From: an uncultured Methanosarcinaceae archaeon
Lineage (GTDB): Archaea; Halobacteriota; Methanosarcinia; Methanosarcinales; Methanosarcinaceae
DNA: 64,000 nucleotides
Direction: 5' to 3'
Assembly (NCBI GenBank): GCA_963733675.1
Contig: CAVTET010000006.1
Location: forward strand, 64,001 to 128,000
Below, piece after piece: positions 12,530-22,698 of the stretch. Position 1 is the first letter of the stretch. Each line of letters begins with the position of its first letter. The position numbers were made by a program, and so were the translations under genes. The notes under the pieces were generated by a model that searched no databases, was not told the origin of the DNA, and saw only the letters and a list, made by a program, of their open reading frames with translations.

Positions 12530-13189
12530 ATGAAAGATAATTTACCAGAAAAAGGCGCAATTGTTCAGAGAGACCGTGAAACATACGCAATCGCCCCTCA
12601 TCTCCACGGAGGAATTGTAGACCCTGCAACTCTCAGGAAAATCGCTGATGTCGCGGAAAAGTATGAGGCTGCAGCCCTCAAGCTGACTTCTGCTCAAAGA
12701 ATAGCAATCGTTGGTCTGAAAGAAGAGGATCTCGATAATGTGTGGGCAGATCTTGGTATGAATCCTGGAGCGGCGATAGGGCTTTGCGTAAGGAGTATCA
12801 AAATTTGCCCAGGGACAACTTTCTGCAAGCAGGGGAAGCAGGATGCAGTTGGCTTGGGCCTGAAACTCGATGAAAAGTATCACGGAATGCCCATGCCTTC
12901 CAAGCTAAAAATGGCTGTATGCGGCTGTCCTAATTCCTGTGCTGAACCTGCTATCAAGGACATAGGGATAATGGGCACTCCCAAGGGATATACCTTGATG
13001 GTTGGAGGCTCTGCGGCTGCAGCGCCAAGACTTGCCGAAGTTGTTGCAAAGGAATTATCTGAAGAGGAAATTCTTGAAGCGGTCGATAAAATATTTAATT
13101 TATACAAAAACTCAGGCACAAAAAAGAGACTCGGAAAGTACATTGAAGAGATCAGCCTCGATAATTTCAAAACCCAGGTTGGTCTGTAA
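12530..13189 (+). CDS. small siroheme-[4Fe-4S] sulfite/nitrite reductase (alSir-like)
   Basis: LRKIADVAEKY, LTSAQRI, CPGTTFC and GCPNSC cluster motifs, KDIGIMG. 219 aa. Confidence 0.85.
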   Translation: MKDNLPEKGAIVQRDRETYAIAPHLHGGIVDPATLRKIADVAEKYEAAALKLTSAQRIAIVGLKEEDLDNVWADLGMNPGAAIGLCVRSIKICPGTTFCKQGKQDAVGLGLKLDEKYHGMPMPSKLKMAVCGCPNSCAEPAIKDIGIMGTPKGYTLMVGGSAAAAPRLAEVVAKELSEEEILEAVDKIFNLYKNSGTKKRLGKYIEEISLDNFKTQVGL

Positions 13190-13386
13190 AATTACAGTTT
13201 TTAGATCGTTAGATCGATGATATCTGCAATTAAAAAATATTTCAGCCTGTAAACCTTTAATCCCAATAAATTTGGAGTTTAAAATTTTTAAATTCAAAAG
13301 ACTATCTATAGATCGATAGAGGTTTTTGCTGATAAGGCATAATATTGGACAGATGTCATAATGGAATTACAAAATAAAAAGAATAG

Positions 13387-13450
13387 GTAACTATTTAGCC
13401 TGGGTAAAACAACATCATTGGACATCTTATTTAATAATTAATGTACAAAT
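13387..13450. repeat. partial copy of the GTAACTATTCAGC-ended element at 62234
   Basis: GTAACTATTTAGCCTGGGTAAAA versus GTAACTATTCAGCCTGGGTAAAA. Confidence 0.6.
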
Positions 13451-13524
13451 TTATTGAATCTATTGTCGTTAATAACAGGAAATCAGCAGGGATGTGCTAA
13501 TTGAAAATCCTCTAAAGGTTCTCC

Positions 13525-13548
13525 CCGCCTCCTGAATCCTGGAGGCGG
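13525..13548. other. GC-rich hairpin, possibly an IS200/IS605-type end remnant
   Basis: CCGCCTCC-tgaatcct-GGAGGCGG perfect 8-bp stem in AT-rich DNA. Confidence 0.4.
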
Positions 13549-13638
13549 AATCTTCGGGGTGCTTGTTGTTAAAGTCCAAGGCGAACTGGATCCACAGCTT
13601 GTTGTAAGACTGAATTATACAAAATAGATTGTATGGTA

Positions 13639-13940
13639 ATGACAAAACAAAATCCTACAAAGATAGCTGTTGTCCGTTGTGACACGTCTCTGAAACCTGC
13701 CTTGCAATGAGCTGCTGTAAGGCTTTCAACGAGAGAAAATCGCACTTTAAGACATATTATATAAACGCGCAGATAATCGCTTTTTTTACTTGCGGGCGCT
13801 GCTCTGGGAGAAGAGCATACCGTCTGATAGATTCCCTAAAAAACATGATCTTGATGTTGTGCACCTCAGTTCCTGCATGCTTATGAAAGATACTTACCCT
13901 AAATGTCCCAATCTAGATAGCATCAAAAAAGCTACTATAA
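13639..13940 (+). pseudogene. CGGC-domain protein, frameshifted
   Basis: Joined frames read KIAVVRC..SETC..MSCCKAFNERK..FFTCGRCSGRR..VVHLSSCM..YPKCP. Confidence 0.75.
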
Positions 13941-14080
13941 ATACCTAAACTGTTTACAGCTATATTTTGACATCATTTGAAAATTAATTAATGTTTCTAT
14001 CGTAAAATAAGACTCTAAAATTGAGTTCCTCAAACATTTAATATTTTTTATATATAGGAGGTTTTATCAATAGTTTAGAG

Positions 14081-14229
14081 GGTACTGTTGTAAAAATAAT
14101 TTTACTGCCTTTTTAGGTTATAACTATTGCTTTTTGTATCATTATTGACCTGTTTATGGCATATAAATATCTTATTTGTGATGTTTTTTACTTGTTTTGT
14201 AAAATAGCCAGATTTTTTGCAACGGAACC
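14081..14229 (-). mobile_element. 149-bp IS6-type MITE, copy 1
   Basis: Ends GGTACTGTTGTAAAAA and TTTTTTGCAACGGAACC. Reverse complement of 24305-24453 with 3 mismatches. Confidence 0.9.
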
Positions 14230-14236
14230 GTTTCCT

Positions 14237-14725
14237 TTAAGTCAGTCCTAAGGAGCATGCTTTTTTCCCTACAACCATGACAGGAATTTTTGAGTGCCGG
14301 ACCAAATTTCCAGCAACGCTGCCCATAAGCATTCTATTTACTCCTATCTTTCCGTGAGTGCCCATAATGACAATATCCATTTTTTCTTCATTGGCGTACC
14401 GGATCAACTCTTCCGATGGATTGCCTTCAAGCAGGATAGATTGTACATTGATTCCTTTTGCCTCTCCTAAATTTTTTATATAATCTACAGCCTGTTGTCC
14501 TTGATTTTTCAAGGCTTTACGTATCGATGCCCAATAAGGATTTGTGCTCACAGAAGAATAGGCACCACCATCCATATCAAATGAATAGGCTGTTGACATC
14601 ACATGGACTGCATAAACTGTTCCCCAACTTAATCGAGCTAGCTCTATTCCTTTGTCAATCGCTAGGTTAGAGCAGTCAGAGCCATCAGTTGCGATCATTA
14701 TTTTCTTATAATCAATCGTTGTCAT
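14237..14725 (-). CDS. universal stress protein (UspA family)
   Basis: KKIMIATDGS, EGNPSEELI, DIVIMGTHG, LMGSVAGNLVRHSKIPVMVV. Confidence 0.93.
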   Translation of the reverse strand: MTTIDYKKIMIATDGSDCSNLAIDKGIELARLSWGTVYAVHVMSTAYSFDMDGGAYSSVSTNPYWASIRKALKNQGQQAVDYIKNLGEAKGINVQSILLEGNPSEELIRYANEEKMDIVIMGTHGKIGVNRMLMGSVAGNLVRHSKIPVMVVGKKACSLGLT

Positions 14726-14929
14726 GTAAAATCCTTAGTCATATCCTTTCTTTTAATAAATATAATAGCATCGGAATTTGCAACATGAAATGCCTATCGA
14801 ACTTTTAGAGCTTCTCTCCAAGAAATAGATAAAATAACTTCTAAACAAGAAAACTTTAAATATAAACATCAGCTTCTGCATAGTTTTTATGCTAAATTTT
14901 TTATAAAATGTAATCGACTTGGTATTCTG

Positions 14930-15325
14930 TTTTCATTTCCCGCAACAAATAGAGTGTAGATAGATTATACTCACAAGAATTAGGTCTTTACAGGTTTCAA
15001 TGATGCACATGTTTTATAGCAAAAACTCTCATTTGTTTGAGTTATTACATATGCAAACTTCTACAGCCTCTCAAAACTGACTGATAAGGGGGTAACAGCT
15101 ACATTTTGTGGCGAGACGTAGCTTTTCCCTGACTTTATTGTGTTGAATTTTCTCTACAATAATTTTTTGATATTAGTGATTTCACAGAAAAATCCGCGCA
15201 CTGCCAACATATACAAACTTATATGATGCAAATAAATATAATTTGTCAAAATATTATAGTTCTTATTTCGTTTTATTGCCCTCACACGGCAACTCTATGT
15301 TCAAATTACATTGCATCCGGTGCTT
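14930..15325 (-). pseudogene. probable 4Fe-4S dicluster protein remnant
   Basis: Minus strand gives ..TGCNV...CRVRAIK and other Cys-containing pieces broken by stops and frameshifts. Confidence 0.35.
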
Positions 15326-15351
15326 GTATCTAACTGTTTTTGAATTTGATA

Positions 15352-16248
15352 TTATTTTTTACAGACCTGGTTCTTTGCATACAGGTAGGACTTCCTTGCT
15401 ATTTCCATACTACCTTTAATTTCAACGATACTCATATCAAAAGTTCGGGAAAAATTTATGATATTTGTGTCGAATTCTTCCCCGTTAGAGATTTCATTAC
15501 TGATTTTGACAACCTTTTTATACATTTTTTTATACAAAGGATTTTTCAAGAAACTTTTATCGAAGCTGGCAGTATCGCTGGATCCCGTTTTCATTTTCCC
15601 CCAACTGGAGGCCCACATAGGTGTCAAGTAGAACATACCTATACCATTTCCACTCTGCATAACTTCTGCATAGATATCATTGCCACCAAGAGCGACACTA
15701 ATACAGTCGTCCACTATATCTTCATTTCCATCTTTGAGAAAATAGAGTGGGCAACCAAGATTTTTAAAATCAGCTTTCAAGCTTCTTAAAGAGTGTCCAC
15801 AGTTCCCATAAAAAAGAAGAATGCCATCTGAAAAATTTGCCATTTCTCTGATATTCCGACAGATTTCGGATCTTAAGATTTCACAATTTATGTGCAAGCC
15901 AAGCCTCAAAATGTTTACTACTACAGTGATTATTTCTCTATTCTTATTCTTCATATTTTCGAGTACTTTCCCAACAAATGGGACTCTTAATAGAATATTC
16001 GGAATTTTCACGGACATGTGAGTATTTATCTCTTTTAAAAAGAAAGATGCCCTATCGAGAGGAAAAAGTCTAGGATGGCAATTTTTGGATCTAAGCTTTC
16101 GGACAAACCTGAAGCATTGCCTGTTTTCAGCTACTAATAATTTGTTTAAGCTTTCGTCTTTTAAAAGAATATATACGAGTTCATCTTCAAGCATTTCACA
16201 GGCAATTATGCTCAGCACAGGCATCAGTAACTCTCTTTTAGATTCCAT
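15352..16248 (-). CDS. DUF1638-domain protein
   Basis: IIACEMLEDEL, LGLH, GILLFYGNCG, VDDCISVALGG, FYLTPMW. Confidence 0.8.
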   Translation of the reverse strand: MESKRELLMPVLSIIACEMLEDELVYILLKDESLNKLLVAENRQCFRFVRKLRSKNCHPRLFPLDRASFFLKEINTHMSVKIPNILLRVPFVGKVLENMKNKNREIITVVVNILRLGLHINCEILRSEICRNIREMANFSDGILLFYGNCGHSLRSLKADFKNLGCPLYFLKDGNEDIVDDCISVALGGNDIYAEVMQSGNGIGMFYLTPMWASSWGKMKTGSSDTASFDKSFLKNPLYKKMYKKVVKISNEISNGEEFDTNIINFSRTFDMSIVEIKGSMEIARKSYLYAKNQVCKK

Positions 16249-16642
16249 TGTTTTTGGTAAATTATAATCTTTTTTGAATTTCTTTTATTTATCAGGGAGG
16301 AAGAAAACTATCAAAATTGAATGTAAAATCGTAATCTTTCAGTTAGGTAAAAACAATATCAATAGCTATCTTAATTATAATTCAATAGGCAAATTTCATA
16401 GAGTTAGCTTTTTAATATTGGCTATTGATTCTTTTTTTCTTTTTTTATTAATCAGACACATCAATGATATCCAAATCAATAGCAATAAACTCCTAACTTT
16501 TTAAATTCCGATTTTAACTATGAGACCTATCATACTTTATTTTGCATCATAAGTGTGTAAGTCCTAAAATAAATATGATTTTGTCTATAATTATAGATGC
16601 TTTATATTTTATAGTGAATTTGGATCAGCTCTTAAATTTCGT

Positions 16643-16682
16643 TATATATATATATATACGCATATATATATATATATATATA
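16643..16682. repeat. interrupted (TA)n dinucleotide tract
   Basis: Two TA runs separated by CGC, immediately upstream of the GGAGG RBS at about 16690. Confidence 0.9.
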
Positions 16683-16704
16683 ATTTTATGGAGGAAAAGA
16701 AAAC

Positions 16705-17199
16705 ATGACTATCACAAAAGTCCAGATCGATTGATTCAGCGTGATATCTTCCAAGCCATTTGAAGTGATCGTGGCAGCTCTAGAAGCAGCTGTTGGGCCC
16801 CAAATATGGTCAAATTCGTGGAAGCAATTCAGTTGCGCACTAACCTTTGCTGAACTGAAGAATGTGATTCATAGGAGCCTGGGTAGAACGGGGCTAATGA
16901 TGTTCATGGAATTCGATCTCGGCGCTATTTTGCGTAAGGAAAACGGGCTCAACACGCCGAAAGTCGTGCGTTTTTTGATCGGCAATCCGCTCATCATGAA
17001 AGAAATGGTAAAGCATATTCCCGATGCTGGATCATATGCACCGGTTACAATTCTGATAGATGAGCGGCCAGACGGCGTGTATTTGTCGTATGACAAGATA
17101 GCCAGTCTTCTGGCTCCATACGGAAACCCCGAAGCTCTAGTAGTTGCTAGGGATCTAGACTCGAAAATCGAGTGCCTTCTTCGAGAGTTTGTAGTTTAA
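16705..17199 (+). pseudogene. DUF302-family protein with a premature stop at codon 10
   Basis: ATG 16705 after GGAGG, in-frame TGA at 16732-16734, then FSVISSKPFE...IGNPLIMKEM...GSYAPVTILIDERPDGVYLSYD. A GTG restart at 16741 is possible. Confidence 0.7.
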
Positions 17200-17629
17200 A
17201 GATCCCGAAAAATATTAAATAGCATCATATTTTTAAAGAAAAAAAATTGTCAAATCAAATCAGGAATTTTAATGGCTAATTTGAGACCTTCTGATAGTAA
17301 CCACGCTTAAATATAATTATGTTTAATATTTAAAACAACTTATTTTAAGAAAGTAAATTTAGAAATATGATCACTTTTAAACCTTATAATTATTTTGAAT
17401 ACACACAAAATGGCGAAGAGTCAGATTTTTGCCTATGCGTCTGTAAAATCAATCATTCCATTTCATATGGGAATAGCCAAGTTTCTATCGATTACATCCC
17501 CAGTAAATGCAAAAAAAGGTATTAAAAAAGCATAGCGAAATTCAATAAATCCAAAAGCCATCGATTTTGATTAAATTAATTTTTAAAAATTAAAAAAAGG
17601 AATCTCATATCAGAAAAGATTAATTTGAT

Positions 17630-17756
17630 GGTTCCGTTGCAAAAATCCTTTCTAATGATACAATAGAATAAAAAGAAAACATAAGATAGCATATTACTAT
17701 CTTTGGTTTTCTTTTTATTCTATTGTATCATTAGAAAGGATTTTTGCAACGGAACC
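17630..17756. mobile_element. 127-bp palindromic element made of two IS6 left ends
   Basis: Perfect 51-bp inverted repeat starting GGTTCCGTTGCAAAAATCC. 17681-17756 matches IS6 end 4481-4557. Confidence 0.93.
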
Positions 17757-18271
17757 CGGCCCACCACAGGGCTCCACAGAAAACACTCTCCAGAGGTCAG
17801 AAGAAAGCCAGATTTGACTTTATGAATATTAACTACATTTGACCCTAGCAAACTCTTACTCTCTTGATTGTTGAGGTCCTAAAAATTATAGAATTTAAAG
17901 GCTAGACAAAATTGCGCATAACCATTAACTCTTCACCCACTGTATTTTATAGAACTGATAGTGCACTACAGTATCATAAAGTTCTGCAAAATCTGATTAA
18001 CTCTATGTTCTTTTTCTGTCACTACAAAATATAGAATTTATCGTTTTGTTTATGCGGAAGTTTTCATACAAAAACTATGTATCTTGTATTAAGACACCTT
18101 TACTGTTTAGAGTAGCTAATAATTATTGTTCAATGTTAAAATCTTCCTTAGTGAATGATTTTTTGTTTAGAAACTGTTTTTCTGATGAATTATTTTAAAT
18201 AATATATTTAATTGATATATAATTGCATTCATTAAAATTAATAAAAAGGAAATCAAAAGGAGTTCGAACAA

Positions 18272-18670
18272 ATGAAAAAGACACTTAGTGTTTTGCTAGT
18301 AATTTGTTTTTTAATGTCTGTGACCGCTGCAATAGTAAGTGCAGAAAACGGGAATAGTAAAGAAATAGCTATGAAAAAAGTAGTGGCTATGAAGACTGAC
18401 GACGGTAAAGATATAGCAATGGGGAAAGTAATGGCTATGACGACCGACGATGGTAACGAAATTGCTATGGGAAAAGTAGCAGCTATGGAGATAGAGGGTG
18501 GTAACGCTATAGCTATGGGAAAAGTAATGGGTATAAAGACCGATGAAGGTAAAATAATAGCTATGAAAAAAGTAAAAGCTATGAAAACCGACGATGGTAA
18601 AGTTATAGTTATGAAAAAAGTAGTAGCTGTAAAGACCGATGATGGTAAAGAGGTACCTATGGCAGCGTAG
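18272..18670 (+). CDS. small secreted Met/Lys-rich 16-aa-repeat protein
   Basis: Signal peptide MKKTLSVLLVICFLMSVTAAIVSA, then six full and one partial K.IAM(G/K)KV.AMKTDDG units. AGGAG RBS. Confidence 0.8.
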   Translation: MKKTLSVLLVICFLMSVTAAIVSAENGNSKEIAMKKVVAMKTDDGKDIAMGKVMAMTTDDGNEIAMGKVAAMEIEGGNAIAMGKVMGIKTDEGKIIAMKKVKAMKTDDGKVIVMKKVVAVKTDDGKEVPMAA

Positions 18671-18762
18671 GGTTATGAAGACAGAAAATAATAAATTAAA
18701 TTTCTAGAATAAACGTATATTCAATTTTGAAAGTAATCGATTAAAAGTCTATAAATACTAAA

Positions 18763-18850
18763 GAGAATTTTGAATAAATCTCAATTTTAGTTGGTATTTA
18801 TAAAACCTATATAAAAAATTCATTGAAAATCAGAGATTTATCAAATTCTC
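18763..18850. mobile_element. ~88-bp MITE, family A
   Basis: GAGAATTTTGAATAAA...GAAAATCAGAGATTTATCAAATTCTC. Confidence 0.7.
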
Positions 18851-18930
18851 TAAATTTTAATTTTGCTTAGAGTACTATATTATTATCTTGTACATGTTTC
18901 TGTTTTGGGATTGTGGTTTATGGTAATTAG

Positions 18931-18997
18931 TTCCAGATGTTCCAGGAGTTCCATGTGTTCTAGGAGTTCCATAGGCTCCAGGGGTTCTAGATCTGGA
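18931..18997. repeat. degenerate 9-bp tandem repeat (TTCCAGGAG-like)
   Basis: ttccagatg ttccaggag ttccatgtg ttctaggag ttccatagg ctccagggg ttctaga. Reads as GTP/GTS triplets on the minus strand. Confidence 0.7.
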
Positions 18998-19543
18998 ATC
19001 GTTTCTTATTACTGATAGCAACTAGGAAATCCAGAGATTTAGACACAAAAACTATGCATAGAATTTCAGTATTAAATAATAGTAAAACTCACAGAACAGA
19101 AAGAAATAATGCTAAAATCCAATATTCCCTTCATTTGATAAAGTGCTACTTTTATTGCAAACGATGTCAACGACAATTCAAATATAATCCAATAAATGGT
19201 ACACTAGAATGCGCTGGTAAATTTCTAAGCTGTGATCGTATATGATATAAATTAAAATATCCGTCGAAAAAAAAAGCATATAATTTTCGTTGAAATAGAT
19301 CGGAGAAAATACTGAAGAGTGCCGCTCCTTCTTATTATAAGGCTTTGGATTATCAGTAAATTCTATTTTTATTGATATGGACCCTAACATATAGGAAAAT
19401 AAAAATATAGCCATCAATTCAAGGCAGCTTCTCAGATATTTATTCTCAATGCCTTGAAAGTGGCTATGATGCTGTTTTATCCTACTCTCAATAGCTCTTA
19501 GATCCAGTTACTGTTCTAATTAGCTTAATCAGTTATGATGGTG

Positions 19544-21805
19544 TCACAAATAGCCATTCACTAGTGGTGCCCTATAAGGATACAAGTTACCAGGGTAAGG
19601 GTATAAGTTACCAGGGTAAGGGTATAAGTTACCAGGGTAAGGGTACAAGTTACTAGCTTGAGAAGTTACTTTGATTGTAACAGTCTTTGATGCTATATTA
19701 TAATTTACGAGATCAGTTGGTATGAATAAAACATTCAACATTTGTGTACCTACATTCAATACAGTTCCTGCTGATGGGATATATGCAAATGTTCCAGGTA
19801 CCGTAGCAGTCGCATCTAGTTGAGTACTACTCAATGGTGTTCCATAGACTATGTCAGCAGGGTTACTCCAGGTAATTGTAGGAGTAGTATTTTGAGGAGT
19901 TGTTGTCAAAACATTTATTGTAGCGAGCATTGAATTTGTGCCGTTTGTGTTGCTTACAGTCTCGTTAACGGTATAGACTCCTGCAGCAAGATAGGTATGC
20001 GTTGGATTCGGTTCAGTTGAAGTAGCTCCGTCTCCAAAGTCCCATCCCCATCCTGTGGCATCTGTCGAGAGGTCTGTAAATTGAACCGTAAGGGGAACAT
20101 TACCATTGGTTGTGTTGGTATCGAAATTCGCAATGGGTAAACCTTTTTCAGAACTACTTTCTGGATCAGTAAATGCCTTGATGCACACATCAGTATTTGA
20201 GTAACCCGGCTCTGTTGTTATATCGGTCCAGGTATTTCCATCAGAACTTACAAAACTTTCGGATGTATTTGCTGTTGCCTGACTACTATGGCCACTGATA
20301 GGCATTTCCACAGGAATCGGGTATTGATATGTAGGGTTTGTAAGCTCCAGTACTACTGAAAATTTTTGGCCGGCGTTGAGCTGAACTTCGGAATTCAGTG
20401 GAACTGTATGATAACCTGCACTTGAAATTGTTCCACTTTGGGTAAGAGCAGGACCAGTTTGACTAATGGGGTTGGATCCTATATTATTGTAGATATTAAT
20501 TACATAATTGCAGTTTAGGTCTGTTGTATAGAAACTTATTGCTTTGAGAACTTCATTAGAATTTGCAGTAAAGATGTTTGCACCCCAGCCAGTTGTGGGA
20601 TTAGTTTGCGATGTGTTAATTTGCTGGGTCCATCCAAGTGGATCGTATTGGTAGATGTTTGTATAATCTTTAGGGTTTTCAGCCGTGAATTGTGTATTCA
20701 TATCGTATCCCACCTTAGAATCATAATAGGAAACATAGAAATACCCATTATCATTGTTTACATTACCCCAATCTGCTGCAGTTGTACCCCAGCTATTTTT
20801 TATGATAAATGCTCCATCTCCGGGTGGAGTTGTGGAGAAATTATTTTTGCTATAAGAGTCGTCCCAGCCAACAATGGTCACTGCATGGTCAGAAGCTGTT
20901 GTTCCACTATAGTAATAACCGTATGTGTTTTGGTTATAACTAGTAGTATCGGTGGGGTCAAAATAAAGGGCAGTAGCTACTGCTCCATAATTCATAATTG
21001 CTTCTTTTATGTCCTGATTGTCCGTCGGACCATTTCTGTTCGGAAGGAAAGTTACGTTTTGTACATGTTTATGTACAGGAAGTCCGAGCTCACTGGACGA
21101 AAAACTTGATGTAGCACTATAAGGATCATCGCTGGTGTTTACAGGTCCGCTCCAACGAGCTTCGTAAGCAGTTGACATCACAAAGTCTCCCCCGTCACTG
21201 GGACCGCGATCAAAACCTTGCGGGCTATTTGCAGAAGAAAGCACGTTTTTAATATTATTTTCTGAAAAACTCCAGGATTCTCCTGGCATTAAATATGATT
21301 CAAGGGATCCGTCAGTTGCAAATGTCCAACAAGAACCTGCAGAACCCTGATTTTTCACAGGAGTTACCCTGTTCAGAGTTCGTAAGTCATAGAAAGTTGG
21401 AATAGATGTGTTTGCGGAAGCATATACGTCTGGGACTGAAGTATGTTTGAGATGGCTAAGGTCTACAGGTGAAGGTGCGAAACCAGATTTATGTCCAACG
21501 GAGGAGTGTGTTATTTTATAGACAGATTTGTTATTCAGGTATTGGGTAAATTTAGGGTTTTCTGGTGCAAGTCCTATATTTAAAAAAAATTTAGTTTGGT
21601 TTACAATATCTTTGTGAATAAATTTGTGATCAGTTGGTACGGGTATTGGTTTATTTTCTTCTGAAAATCCTGCATATGCCATTGCTATTGATGAACCTAT
21701 GACTGAGAACAAAATCAAGAATCCAGTGAAAATCATTAATTTGTTTAGTATGTTAACATCATTATTTATAGTTTGATTTTTTTTCATATTTATCTCCTTA
21801 TCCAT
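19544..21805 (-). CDS. secreted papain-family (C1A) cysteine protease with lectin-like and PKD domains
   Basis: N-terminal hydrophobic segment. Catalytic QGSAGSCWTF, DHAVTIVGW, IIKNSWG. YQYDPLGW module and PKD motif WDFGDG..P.HTY. Confidence 0.92.
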   Translation of the reverse strand: MDKEINMKKNQTINNDVNILNKLMIFTGFLILFSVIGSSIAMAYAGFSEENKPIPVPTDHKFIHKDIVNQTKFFLNIGLAPENPKFTQYLNNKSVYKITHSSVGHKSGFAPSPVDLSHLKHTSVPDVYASANTSIPTFYDLRTLNRVTPVKNQGSAGSCWTFATDGSLESYLMPGESWSFSENNIKNVLSSANSPQGFDRGPSDGGDFVMSTAYEARWSGPVNTSDDPYSATSSFSSSELGLPVHKHVQNVTFLPNRNGPTDNQDIKEAIMNYGAVATALYFDPTDTTSYNQNTYGYYYSGTTASDHAVTIVGWDDSYSKNNFSTTPPGDGAFIIKNSWGTTAADWGNVNNDNGYFYVSYYDSKVGYDMNTQFTAENPKDYTNIYQYDPLGWTQQINTSQTNPTTGWGANIFTANSNEVLKAISFYTTDLNCNYVINIYNNIGSNPISQTGPALTQSGTISSAGYHTVPLNSEVQLNAGQKFSVVLELTNPTYQYPIPVEMPISGHSSQATANTSESFVSSDGNTWTDITTEPGYSNTDVCIKAFTDPESSSEKGLPIANFDTNTTNGNVPLTVQFTDLSTDATGWGWDFGDGATSTEPNPTHTYLAAGVYTVNETVSNTNGTNSMLATINVLTTTPQNTTPTITWSNPADIVYGTPLSSTQLDATATVPGTFAYIPSAGTVLNVGTQMLNVLFIPTDLVNYNIASKTVTIKVTSQASNLYPYPGNLYPYPGNLYPYPGNLYPYRAPLVNGYL
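19574..19651 (-). repeat. 21-bp tandem repeat encoding (NLYPYPG)x3 plus NLYPY
   Basis: aagttaccagggtaagggtat units visible directly. Confidence 0.92.
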
Positions 21806-22698
21806 TTATTTAAGAATGTTTCATTAACTCTTATCCTTCAATTTATAAATATTTTAAAAATTATCTAGTCTCAAAAACTGAAATCACTTCTTAAATTTTA
21901 TATAGTCTTTGATAGCTATTTATCAGAGATTAAAAATGAATAATCACTCTCTAGTATCCAATTTTGGAGTTGATAGAGCTTACTAATTCTAGTAATTTCT
22001 GATAGTAATTTCTATATATTTCAATTTTTTTCTAAATATATTGTATAATGTTTGGTGCATAACTTATACAATAATCTATCAATGTGTTGATTCTATATAT
22101 AATTATTTTTTGAACAATCACGTTTCATGTTTTATAGATATTAATATAATTAGACATATATATTATATTGAAACGGGCTAAGAAATAAAATTTCTACAGA
22201 TTGAAACTTTCATCTGAAAAATATCAACAGCTTTTGGTTGCTGAAACGAGATTAAAAAGTGCTAAAATTTACAGAAGGATTTAAGCATTTGGGATGCTTA
22301 AGATTGGTTATCTAAACGCATAGGTTGCTGAATTTTTTCCAGTTTTTATAAACACAATTTCAAATTGGGTATTTATTCAGTTAGTGTGCCAACTTTTCTG
22401 TAAAAACACAAATATCAAGAAGTTGTGAGAAAGGAAATCACACCTCTTAAGAATCCGATTACACAAATTATGTCTAAATTTAGCCTTGGATTTATAGCAA
22501 ATTTTCAATACTATCAAAGTCAGCAGTATACTGAAAGGTCTGTAACAATAACTGTTCTCCATTGTTTTTCTTTTATTACAAAATAGGACTTCTTGTTTTC
22601 ACTAATGCAGTGATTTTATAGCATAAACTATGCATTATATCTTAAATCATTATCAAAGGTCTAATGTTACTAAGTGACTCTTTTTGAAGGGAAAAGTT

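Noticed and set aside
17755-17768. CCCGGCCCACCA resembling a tRNA 3' end (att site)
   Set aside because: Too short, no T-arm, no second copy and no integrase in the window.
18668-18699. Pyrrolysine read-through of the TAG ending the repeat protein (also the TAG in the IS6 tnp near 4268)
   Set aside because: Read-through adds only GYEDRK, and the downstream DNA is better explained as a frameshifted repeat. The tnp also has a frameshift.
18931-19651. Short tandem repeats considered as a possible CRISPR array
   Set aside because: Units are 9 or 21 bp, contiguous and lack unique spacers. No cas genes are present.
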